A stretch of DNA of 63,994 bases, counting the filler, from Fonticula-like sp. SCN 57-25 (lineage: Eukaryota): assembly GCA_001724245.1 (NCBI GenBank). It is 4 parts of 4 records of this genome, joined end to end, with 100 filler letters (N's around TTAATTAATTAA, not from the genome) between each part and the next. Parts side by side here need not be neighbours in the genome. Positions count along the whole stretch, not along the records: positions 35,946 to 53,350 come from MEDX01000116.1; positions 53,451 to 63,994 come from MEDX01000227.1; 2 more parts are not named here. The stretch is one strand, 5' to 3'. The notes beneath the pieces are model-generated. The model saw only the letters and a program-made list of their open reading frames with translations, was not told the DNA's origin and searched no databases. The position numbers were made by a program, and so were the translations under genes. Positions 50,849 through 59,665 of the stretch are shown one piece after another (position 1 is the stretch's first letter; each line of letters opens with the position of its first letter).

Positions 50849-52359
50849 ATGGAACGGCGGCGATCGCAGCGCGTTTCGCTGCAGCTCGGCAGGGCCGGGC
50901 GGACGGTAGTGCTGGTGCCGCGGGCGAACCCGTCCGATGTGCGCACATTAAAGCTTCCCGCCAGGTGCGCATTGCCTTGCTGCATTAAGCGAATGGCTAA
51001 TTTTGGCAGGATCCGTCGCCTGGTTTCGAGCCACCAAACGCCGGCCGAGGACAACGGTGTGTGGGATACGCAGGTGATCAGCCGCGAGCACGCGGAACTG
51101 GCGGAGCAAGGCGAGGACATTGTAGTGCGGGATCTCAATAGCAGCAACGGTACTTTTCTCAACGGTCACCGGCTGACTGGCGGCGAGTCCGTGGTGCTGC
51201 GCGAGGGCGACGTGCTCGAGTTTGGCATCGACGTGTTTGATGAGGAGACCGGCGAGGTCCCACGTACGCCCACGCTCTTTCAGTGTCCTTTAACTGACTT
51301 GGATTGCCTCAGCGGAGCAGTCAAAGGTGTGCGTGCAGGTTCACATCCCGGCCTCGGAGGCGGACAACCTCCCCGATGTGTCCATCTCGGACGTGACGCC
51401 TACGCAGCTCACTTCCTATTTGGAAATCGAATCGCTTGGCAAAACCCTCAGCGAGCAGCTTGAGGAGCAAGTAGAGCAGCGCAAGCAGCTGGAGACGCTC
51501 CTGAAGACGATGGAGCAGGTGTCGATGTACAAGAATTCCTACATTTTGATCGCCAAGGAGCTGCAGGTCAAGAACGACCGCATCGAAGAGCTAGGTCGGA
51601 CCGTTGCAGAGCTGGAAAGCAAGCTTTTGCAGCCCCGAGCGGTACGCAAAGAATGTTATTAGTTTGTGGCCTGACAGCATATTTTCAAAGGATATGGCGG
51701 CGGTCGATGGTCTGCGCAAGGAGGTGGCTGATCTGCAGGCCGACCTCGCATCGCGCGAGGTCGAGCGCAACGACCTTGTCCGTGACATGGTTGGCCTCCA
51801 AAAGTCGACTGCGCTGCTTCAGCGCTCGCACAAGGAGGCGGAGGCGACCATTCGCAGGTACGCCGCCGCTTATTTGCCATCAGCGTGCTCATTCGAAACG
51901 CAGCCTTGAGGAAAAGTTGGCGCAGACCGACGGGCGCTTTGCTCAACAGACGACGGACCACGACCACGCGCTGGCAGTTGTCCTTCAGGAGAGGGACGCG
52001 GCGTTGCAGGCCGCGGAGGCCGCGCGGGCCGACCAAGTACGGGCCGAGCTCGCTGCCAAGCGCCTGGCAGAGCAGAGCAAGGACGCTCACGAGGCATCGA
52101 GCGCGCACGAAATTTCGGTATTACAAGTGTCGGTGCGGACCAGGGACGAAGCCATTGCCCGCCTGCAGCGGGACCTCAAGGAGGCGACGCTTTCGGCCCA
52201 GTCGGTTGCTGCGCGCTACCAGAGTCAAATGGTACGGAGCGCTAGTCTTTATTTGTTTTTGCTAAACTGTTTTTTTGTTGATAGCGCCGGCAGCGGCTAA
52301 TTGTGGCGGTCTGTGGAGCCCTGGCGGTGGGCTTCTTCATTTTTATCCGAGTTTGGTGA
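50849..52359 (+). CDS. FHA + coiled-coil + tail-anchor protein (SLMAP/Vps64/Far9-like, STRIPAK), ~5 introns
   Basis: FHA DNGVWDTQVISREHA..RDLNSSNGTFLNG..GDVLEFG; coiled coil; last exon LIVAVCGALAVGFFIFIRVW*. Confidence 0.82.
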
Positions 52360-52585
52360 CAACTTTCCCTCTAGAACGAGTATTTTACTCGATGGATTCT
52401 GTGTAGTATATGGATACTATCATTTTAATAATGAATTTTACTCTTTACCTGCGCACCATACAGTTATCAGTATCCATACATATTAGTCCGAAACTTTCAG
52501 TTATTTTTCAACTGCTTCAGCTCCAGCCATCGCTGAGCCATCGATCTCAATTCGCTGACTCAGCAGAGACCATTGCTTGTTCAGC

Positions 52586-53331
52586 ATGTTCACAGGGATC
52601 GTCAAGGGGCTTTGCCCGGTGGTCGGCGTCGAGGATCACGACGGGCTTCGGCGGCTCACCTTGCTTCTGGACGAGGTATGTTGGCACAAGTGCAGTATTG
52701 TGCTGACGCGGATATAGGGTGCGCTGTCCGAGTCGATCGAGACGGGCGCGAGCATTGCCGTGAATGGCACCTGTCTGACGGTCGTGACGTTCGTCGTGAA
52801 GGATGGCAAGGCCACTGTGGTACGCATACAAAATACACACATACGTCATATTCTTACTCTATATAGCACTTTGACTGCATTCAGGAGACGCTGGACCGCA
52901 CGACGCTAGGGTCGCTTGTGGTCGGTGATCTCGTCAACGTCGAGCGCGCCCAGCGCATCGGTGACGAAGTTGGCGGGCATCACGTGTCGGGGCACATTGA
53001 CTGCACCGGGACCGTCAGCCAGCTTGTCGTCACCCCGAACAATGTGCAGTTTTTCGTGAGCCTCCCCGACAGCACGTGGTCGCGCTTCCTCGTGCCCAAG
53101 GGCTGGATCGCGATTGACGGTGCCAGCCTGACCGTCGTTCAGGTCGAACCCACGCAGTTTTCCGTGAGTCTTATTCCAGAGACGCTCGCGCGGACGACGC
53201 TGGGCAAGCGCAAGGTGGGCGAAAAGGTGAATTTGGAATTTGACGGGACCACGAAAACCGTGGTTCTCACGATGGAGCGCCTGCTGCCCGGCATGCTTGC
53301 CGCGCAAATGGCTGCCAAAGCCCCTATGTAA
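52586..53331 (+). CDS. ribC: Riboflavin synthase (alpha type), 2 introns
   Basis: MFTGIV N-terminus, GASIAVNGTCLTV, VNVERA, GGHHVSGHID, KGWIAIDGASLTV, LIPETLARTTLG, VNLEFD. Confidence 0.95.
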
Positions 53332-53350
53332 TGCCGACTTTTAACCACTC

Positions 53351-53450
53351 NNNNNNNNNNNNNNNNNNNNNNNNNNNNNNNNNNNNNNNNNNNNTTAATT
53401 AATTAANNNNNNNNNNNNNNNNNNNNNNNNNNNNNNNNNNNNNNNNNNNN
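53351..53450. other. Artificial contig-join spacer
   Basis: N44-TTAATTAATTAA-N44. Confidence 0.97.
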
Positions 53451-54293
53451 GACCTCAGTAAAAAACTGGAGGAATTCACGCTAGATGCCAAACAAGTCGT
53501 CAACGGCAAAAGTAGGCGGTACGATGGTTCCAGGAGCTCGGAGGCGCATTTGGTGACCGAGATTGGACTGTTTCTGGTCGAGTTCCTCCTCAGGCCTTGT
53601 GATTTTAACATTGCCATGGAAACGGGACCCGTAGACACCAACAGAAAGAGTTACGTGATCAACCTCAAATCGAACGCTTTCCTCTGTTTCGATCCCGAAC
53701 TTTTGGACAAGCAACAGCAATTGCAAGATTACCTGAGTCGCATAGTGACGAATTCCGAAAAACTGTTCGGAAGGGAGAGCGACGTGGACCTCATATCGCG
53801 CAAAATGTTCATCAATTTTAAGAGGAACGACGTGGTCACCAAATTGATCGACGGCTACTTTTTCACCATATGCTACATCAAGGCCGTGTTGTCTTTGTTA
53901 GTCGGTACTGGCCAAGATGGAGACCCCGATGTGGACAAGCTAAAATACAAAGTGAACGAATGGTTGTACCAGGTGACCGTTTACATTGTGGTGATAGCTT
54001 GTATTTGGAACGACATTTCTCTCGACGGGTTTGTTCAATATAGGACGGAAAACCCGAGGGTGTTCGAAACACAATACGACCAATTCACGTTCGTGGCCGG
54101 ACCTCTCAAAGAGAAAATTCTGCATTTGGCGTGCTGGCTCTCTACGCGCAACTACAAATACACCGAAGAAGGGTTCATTGCCATCATGCTGGAGCACTGC
54201 AAAATCTACGCAGGATTGATGGTCGAGCTGTGGGGGTACAATTATACCGAATTGCTTCTGATAGAGGAGGAATTGGAGAAACGTGTAAATTAG
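53451..54293 (+). CDS. Hypothetical protein, 5'-truncated
   Basis: Frame is open from the contig edge (DLSKKLEEF..) to TAG 54293; no family recognised. Confidence 0.75.
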   Translation, partial: DLSKKLEEFTLDAKQVVNGKSRRYDGSRSSEAHLVTEIGLFLVEFLLRPCDFNIAMETGPVDTNRKSYVINLKSNAFLCFDPELLDKQQQLQDYLSRIVTNSEKLFGRESDVDLISRKMFINFKRNDVVTKLIDGYFFTICYIKAVLSLLVGTGQDGDPDVDKLKYKVNEWLYQVTVYIVVIACIWNDISLDGFVQYRTENPRVFETQYDQFTFVAGPLKEKILHLACWLSTRNYKYTEEGFIAIMLEHCKIYAGLMVELWGYNYTELLLIEEELEKRVN

Positions 54294-54550
54294 AACCATG
54301 TAAATAGCCCCTTATTTTTAATAGCGTTGGTCCTTTATTTAAACTTTTGATTTTTTTAATTTTTACGGGGAACCGTTATTTTCGGATATTCATATTTTTA
54401 GAAAAGGCCTTTTTTTTTGTTGTGGCAGAGAAACGGGAGGTTTTCTTTTTGTTTTTTATTTTACCAATGGAAGACAACAACATTTTCCCATGTTGACAAC
54501 CCGACACTGGAAAAAAAAATATAATATAACATTAATAGGCCACCCGATCA

Positions 54551-54937
54551 ATGAATCAATTGAATGATAAGCCACGCATCAACGTGGACGATAACTACGT
54601 CAAACTAGTTATTTCACGGCTGAAAAATAAGACCGATACAAAACCCAAGAGGAGTTATAATAAATCGAATATTGCCGAAAATATTTGCAAGAGTAAAGCC
54701 AATTTAAAATTTACCGGAGTTCCGAGGAGAGAGAGAGAAATGGAACGATCAACGAACACGTGCGGTATCACTTTGGAGAGAGACCAATGCCCCGTTTTCG
54801 AAGGCGAATTCGTATGCAGGAGAGACGTTTATTGCCGTGGTGTTTGTAAAATGCATTACAAGAGAGAACTGAGAAAAGAGAAGAAGAAAAGCAAAAAGTG
54901 CAAGATTGATACTCCAATGGAAGAGGACAAGAGGTAA
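54551..54937 (+). CDS. Small basic protein with a C-C-C-H zinc-finger-like motif
   Basis: CPVFEGEFVCRRDVYCRGVCKMHY followed by a Lys-rich NLS-like stretch; flanked by AT-rich spacers. Confidence 0.7.
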   Translation: MNQLNDKPRINVDDNYVKLVISRLKNKTDTKPKRSYNKSNIAENICKSKANLKFTGVPRREREMERSTNTCGITLERDQCPVFEGEFVCRRDVYCRGVCKMHYKRELRKEKKKSKKCKIDTPMEEDKR

Positions 54938-55164
54938 GAGGACGGTGCGCGCGCGCAAGAAAAAAAAATTATACCCTTATTTTTTTTTAATTCGCCCTTT
55001 TTAAAATATTTTCGATGCAGATAGAAACACCCCCGGACAAACCAACCAATTCACGATATAATATTATATAATACATATCGCACATTTGGACAGCCTCAAT
55101 TCGTCGACGGTGTGGAGAGAGGGAAGAAGGATAACGAAAAAAAAAAGAAGAAACCTATCCCTCG

Positions 55165-55926
55165 ATGGAAGCAATGAACACTCACCACGCAGAGTGGTAC
55201 GACGCACTTTTCATGGTCGGTACTAATCTCGTGGCGCTGATGCCCATCATACTGGCATTCAGACTAGGCCTATGGTACATAGGAGTCCAAATAACGCTTT
55301 CCATGGTGTTCAGCACGATATACCACGCGTGCGATGCCACCGGATTTTGTTTGTTCAGCTACCCGCTGATAGTTTGGAGAACAATGGATTACATTTATGC
55401 GTTCATGCAAATAGTAATCGTGTTCATATTCTTGGTCGATTTTGAATCGAGCGAGTCAAGTCCCACTGCCTTCATGTACCAGAGGTGGGCCGTCATCACA
55501 CAACAATTATTCGGAGCCGTGGTCATCTTGGTCATTCTGGTCGACCCGTTTTCGCAAGCGGCCGCATACGTCATCGTTGCCATGGGCGGTTCCATCATAT
55601 ACATCAAGTTTGTCTTCCTTGACAGAGGAAGAACACCCTTCAAAGACAGATTCGAAGTCAAATTCCTCGTCGTGGGCTTTGCTCTATTCGGATTGGGGGT
55701 GGGATTATTCGGTATCAACGGAACACCCGTTTACTGGTTATTCCACTCGACGTGGCACGTTTGCGCTTACCTCGGTCAGTATTTTTTGATCTTGGGAGGA
55801 AGCAAGCACTACAAGGGTTGGAAAGAGTACGCACAACGCCATTGCTTCTTTGCGCGAACGGCACCACCTTCCGATTGCAGACAAACGTGCTTCGGCGAGA
55901 AGCAATTCGAAGAATACTACGTGTAA
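55165..55926 (+). CDS. TMEM8/PGAP6/myomaker-family (DUF3522, CREST superfamily) 7TM protein
   Basis: Seven hydrophobic segments; TNLVALMP, SMVFSTIYHACD (SxxxH), MDY (Asp), LVDF, YWLFHSTWH (HxxxH). Confidence 0.82.
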   Translation: MEAMNTHHAEWYDALFMVGTNLVALMPIILAFRLGLWYIGVQITLSMVFSTIYHACDATGFCLFSYPLIVWRTMDYIYAFMQIVIVFIFLVDFESSESSPTAFMYQRWAVITQQLFGAVVILVILVDPFSQAAAYVIVAMGGSIIYIKFVFLDRGRTPFKDRFEVKFLVVGFALFGLGVGLFGINGTPVYWLFHSTWHVCAYLGQYFLILGGSKHYKGWKEYAQRHCFFARTAPPSDCRQTCFGEKQFEEYYV

Positions 55927-56130
55927 TATACAAATATACATTAAAAATGATACACATGAAAATGGGTGACAGAGTTGTATTGTCGCGAGGAAGTAGCCCA
56001 AAATTATATAAAAGCTTTGCCTTTGTACGAATTTTTTTTTTCTGTTTGTGACAAAATATGTTTTAAATTTTTGCTGTGTACCCAAACTTTGTCGGTCAGT
56101 GCCCAGGCTATATATTGAAAAAAAAAGAAG

Positions 56131-57399
56131 ATGATCTCCGATTTGCTATCGCGCGCCATCAACGGAATCAAAGAGGTCATCGAAGTGTCGAAGACGTTCA
56201 ACACCGTCGCCGACGAACCCGATATCAAAGAGCACGACGAAGACGACGACGGTTACGATCGAACGCGCTTTGACGACACCACGGCGTCAGATAATACGCA
56301 CTCTGGTGCTTCTTACATTCAAAGCGAGATGGAACGGAGGCTCAGTCAAGAATACGTCCTTTACTCGCGCGCGTTGTCGAAGAATTTTTTCAAAGACCCC
56401 AAAGCGGTCGTAAAAGAAACGTTTTCCATCACGTGCAACACGTTCGCCACCCAAGATTTGATGCTTTCTCAATCCGAAGCGGAACACTCCGCTTATTTCA
56501 TCTGGATTTCGGAAAATGCAGTGTTGGTGAACAAAGAATTGTGGAACAGAGACATTTTACCCTTGTTAAAGTACGCGATCAACTTGAAACCGGAACGCTT
56601 GGAACCAAAATCATCGACAAACGGACCTACGAGTATTATAGGACGCAAAGAGATACAAAAGACCGCGATTACCGAGACAACACAACAGAGGAAGGTCAAA
56701 TTCACCGATATTCACTCGGAAGACCACGTAGAGACGGTACCCTTGGACGAAGTAGTGCTAAACGTCAATACCGAAGAATTTGCGGAGGAGCCCAACGCGT
56801 CCGTCCAAGCCGTAGACGAAGACCACGATGATGCAGGGGAAGAATCGAGCCTATTTTTCAACGAAGACGGTGGTCTCGATGCTGTGGGAACGTTTGGAGC
56901 CGACAATCTCCCAACGCACCATTTTGTCGACATGGACTCTTCCTTTTTCACTTACATACCCAAACAAGATGCCATTGCCAGAGAAGACCTCAGAATCATT
57001 TATAAGAACTCAAAGTCACCCAAAAACTTGAACGATTATTATTTGCTCGTCAAAAGGAACAGCCTTGCCTACCAAGAGATTACCAGCCATTACAGCAGGG
57101 CTGCGTGTGGCTTTACGTCATTACCGAACGAAAGTTACGCTCCCATGGACCGTAAATTCCAAGGCATTGCATCGGGTGTGTTCTACGCCTACGTCAAATC
57201 CCTCGTCGAGATTTGCAATCTGGATGACTCTGCGCTAAACGCGACCAAATACGCTTTCACTGTGGAAGGGTCTTCGTCCGACGATCCCAGTGTGGAGTAC
57301 GAAGTTATGGAGGGGCACGTTGCCTGGATCATTTTCGAGAAAAGATTTAGCGGAAAGAACACTACGCTTATCACCCCCAACAACAACAATATATTGTAA
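56131..57399 (+). CDS. Hypothetical protein, 422 aa, with an apparent internal domain duplication and an RVxF-type motif
   Basis: Clean ATG-to-TAA ORF between AT-rich spacers; see findings. Confidence 0.8.
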   Translation: MISDLLSRAINGIKEVIEVSKTFNTVADEPDIKEHDEDDDGYDRTRFDDTTASDNTHSGASYIQSEMERRLSQEYVLYSRALSKNFFKDPKAVVKETFSITCNTFATQDLMLSQSEAEHSAYFIWISENAVLVNKELWNRDILPLLKYAINLKPERLEPKSSTNGPTSIIGRKEIQKTAITETTQQRKVKFTDIHSEDHVETVPLDEVVLNVNTEEFAEEPNASVQAVDEDHDDAGEESSLFFNEDGGLDAVGTFGADNLPTHHFVDMDSSFFTYIPKQDAIAREDLRIIYKNSKSPKNLNDYYLLVKRNSLAYQEITSHYSRAACGFTSLPNESYAPMDRKFQGIASGVFYAYVKSLVEICNLDDSALNATKYAFTVEGSSSDDPSVEYEVMEGHVAWIIFEKRFSGKNTTLITPNNNNIL

Positions 57400-57456
57400 T
57401 AAACGCACGACATTTTTTATTTATTATATATTATTTAACGAAGAGAGTGAAACCTA

Positions 57457-58185
57457 CTAATACAATTCTCCTGCCAACTCGTCCAGTACCGGGTTTTGGT
57501 AAGATGGTTTTTTGAGGGGTTGTTTTTTCTTGATTGGTTCTGGTGGCCTTTGCTGGGGTTCTTCGTAATCAAAATCTTCGGTTTGTGACACTGTCACGGG
57601 CTCTTTAATGTTATTAATAGTCTTCTTGGCAGGTTCTTTAGCTTCCAACTTGAAAAAATCATCTTCGAGAGAGGATGCTTCGAGTCCGTCCAATTCCGAT
57701 AATAGCTCGTCATCGTCGTAAGTAATACCAGCATCTAGTGGTGTCCCAAGTGCTTCTGAAACGTCGTTGGCGTCCATCATACTGTCGTTCAAATCTTGCA
57801 TCACGTCATCGACTTCTTCAATTTTAATCTCCTTGTTCAAACTCCTGAGAGTCGTCCTCGCTGTTTTGAGCGCTTTGAATGTGTCTTTCATTACGACCAT
57901 TTGGTCGATCTGCTCGCTCGTTTGGAGCACGTTAAATACTTCGTTCGACAGTCGTTCTATGTATTTTTCTTTCATTTTGACCAGCTTCATTTTGATGAGC
58001 GCTTGGGATTTGTGGCCCGATTTGTGCAATTGGACGGCCTCCTTTCGCAATGCGTTTACTTTCCCTTGCTCCGAGACGATTCTCTTTTCTATATCGTCCG
58101 AATTCTCCTTCAACACTTGCTTAGTCTTGGTGGGGTTCGTGTCCTTTGGTTTACCGAGGAGTGCATTCATCAACAATTCGGCCAT
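57457..58185 (-). CDS. SNF7: ESCRT-III subunit, Snf7/Vps32/CHMP4-like
   Basis: MAELLMNALLGKPK N-terminal helix; basic helical hairpin (KSQALIKMKLVKMKEKYIERL); IEEVDDVMQDLND..ANDVSEALGTP; YDDDELLSELDGLE; acidic C-terminal half ending LDELAGELY. Start ATG is in a GCCATGG context. Confidence 0.9.
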   Translation of the reverse strand: MAELLMNALLGKPKDTNPTKTKQVLKENSDDIEKRIVSEQGKVNALRKEAVQLHKSGHKSQALIKMKLVKMKEKYIERLSNEVFNVLQTSEQIDQMVVMKDTFKALKTARTTLRSLNKEIKIEEVDDVMQDLNDSMMDANDVSEALGTPLDAGITYDDDELLSELDGLEASSLEDDFFKLEAKEPAKKTINNIKEPVTVSQTEDFDYEEPQQRPPEPIKKKQPLKKPSYQNPVLDELAGELY

Positions 58186-58443
58186 GGCTTTTCTAATGTC
58201 CACGCACCGTTCTTTATATTGGGCTGAGGGTACTTTGGGGTACTTTTTTTTAAAGGTTGCGATCTCTTCGAGGTGTGGTATGCCCTCGTATTTAAACTCA
58301 ATGTTTTGATTTGATTTTTTTTTAAAAAAATAAATTCCAAGAGCGGTTTTGAAATTAAAAAAAATAGTTCAACCTCCCTCTTGCCTGCTTGTTATAAGCC
58401 CCTCTCGCAAAAAAGGAAGGAGAAAGAAAAAAGAAAGAAGGAA

Positions 58444-59484
58444 ATGTTCGGTTCTGGAACGAGACGCAACAGGCGACCGTTTGTAGAGTCCAATTTTGGC
58501 AAAAACATGCTGTTTTCGTTGGTCTCGGTTGCCGTAGCATCGGGTGTCATCATCACGCTGATCTACTCGTCCATATTCATTAAAGCCCAGCCACCCACTG
58601 GATCTGCATCCACCATTCAAAACAACTGTGATTTGTACAACGTCAAACTGCTCCCTTTGGTCAAACATTGCTTGCGCATGGGAAATGGAAATTGTACCAC
58701 CAGGGTGCCCCATTGTATCGAAGAGCAATGGAGCGGGTTTATTCCCGGATCGGATAAAAAGAGCACTTACTTTAAAGAGTGCATGAGCAAGCGCAGTGGT
58801 AATCATTGCGGATTGGACGCTTGTTTGACAGAGGCTTGCAACTACGAAGAGAAACCGTTCACCATCGACGACACTTACAGCGAAGTCGAAGGAAAGAACT
58901 GTACCGCCGACGTTGATTGTGGTTGCGGTAGCAGTTATTGCTGCAACGAAGGCACTTGTCAACATTGCGAGTACAAGTGCGATGACTACTGCCCGTGGCA
59001 CACGTATAAGGATTGCTTGTTCACCAGATGCAGAGATAAGAGCTGCTACGGTGTAGACATTACACCAAAGCCCGTGGACGTCGAAGTACCCTTGGCAGAA
59101 CCACCAAAGGTCGAAGAAGTACCCGTCGCGGCACCTCAAGAGCCCGAAATACCACCCTCAGAACGAGACGTCGTTCCCGTCCCAGTGCCCGTCGCATACC
59201 AACCCGTGGCTCAAGCGCAACCCGTAGCCGCGCCCGTGACTCCTCCGGTAGCCCCCGAACCCGTGGCTATACCCATCGCCATTGAAGAGGAAGAACAAGC
59301 CGCTCCCGTCAGTGCTGGTATTCCCGACGATTTTACCGTCGAAGACGACCCCGTTTGCACCAAGGACGAAGATTGCGGTTGCAACGACAACTGCTGTGTG
59401 GACGGAAAATGCAGCCCCTGTAAATTATGTAGCGACGACTGCATGTATTGCGTCGGTGAATACTGTCACGATATCAGTTGCTAG
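58444..59484 (+). CDS. Cys-rich type II membrane or secreted protein with two CxxDxDC modules and a Pro-rich stalk
   Basis: Basic N-terminus, then a TM segment (LFSLVSVAVASGVIITLIYSSIFI); CTADVDCGC..CC..GTC and CTKDEDCGC..CC..GKC modules separated by a P/V/A/E linker. Confidence 0.8.
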   Translation: MFGSGTRRNRRPFVESNFGKNMLFSLVSVAVASGVIITLIYSSIFIKAQPPTGSASTIQNNCDLYNVKLLPLVKHCLRMGNGNCTTRVPHCIEEQWSGFIPGSDKKSTYFKECMSKRSGNHCGLDACLTEACNYEEKPFTIDDTYSEVEGKNCTADVDCGCGSSYCCNEGTCQHCEYKCDDYCPWHTYKDCLFTRCRDKSCYGVDITPKPVDVEVPLAEPPKVEEVPVAAPQEPEIPPSERDVVPVPVPVAYQPVAQAQPVAAPVTPPVAPEPVAIPIAIEEEEQAAPVSAGIPDDFTVEDDPVCTKDEDCGCNDNCCVDGKCSPCKLCSDDCMYCVGEYCHDISC

Positions 59485-59665
59485 AGCACCACCCGTCGTT
59501 GCGAGGATTTTGTTTAAATAAATTTCGATTACCTGAATTTCTGATTTTCCAATATTCGGAATAATATTTTTGACCATCACATTTATTTTTTGGCACGAAT
59601 TTTTATTTTATTTTTCGACCTTGTTTTCATCATTGAACACGAACAAGAACAACACAACTTGAACC

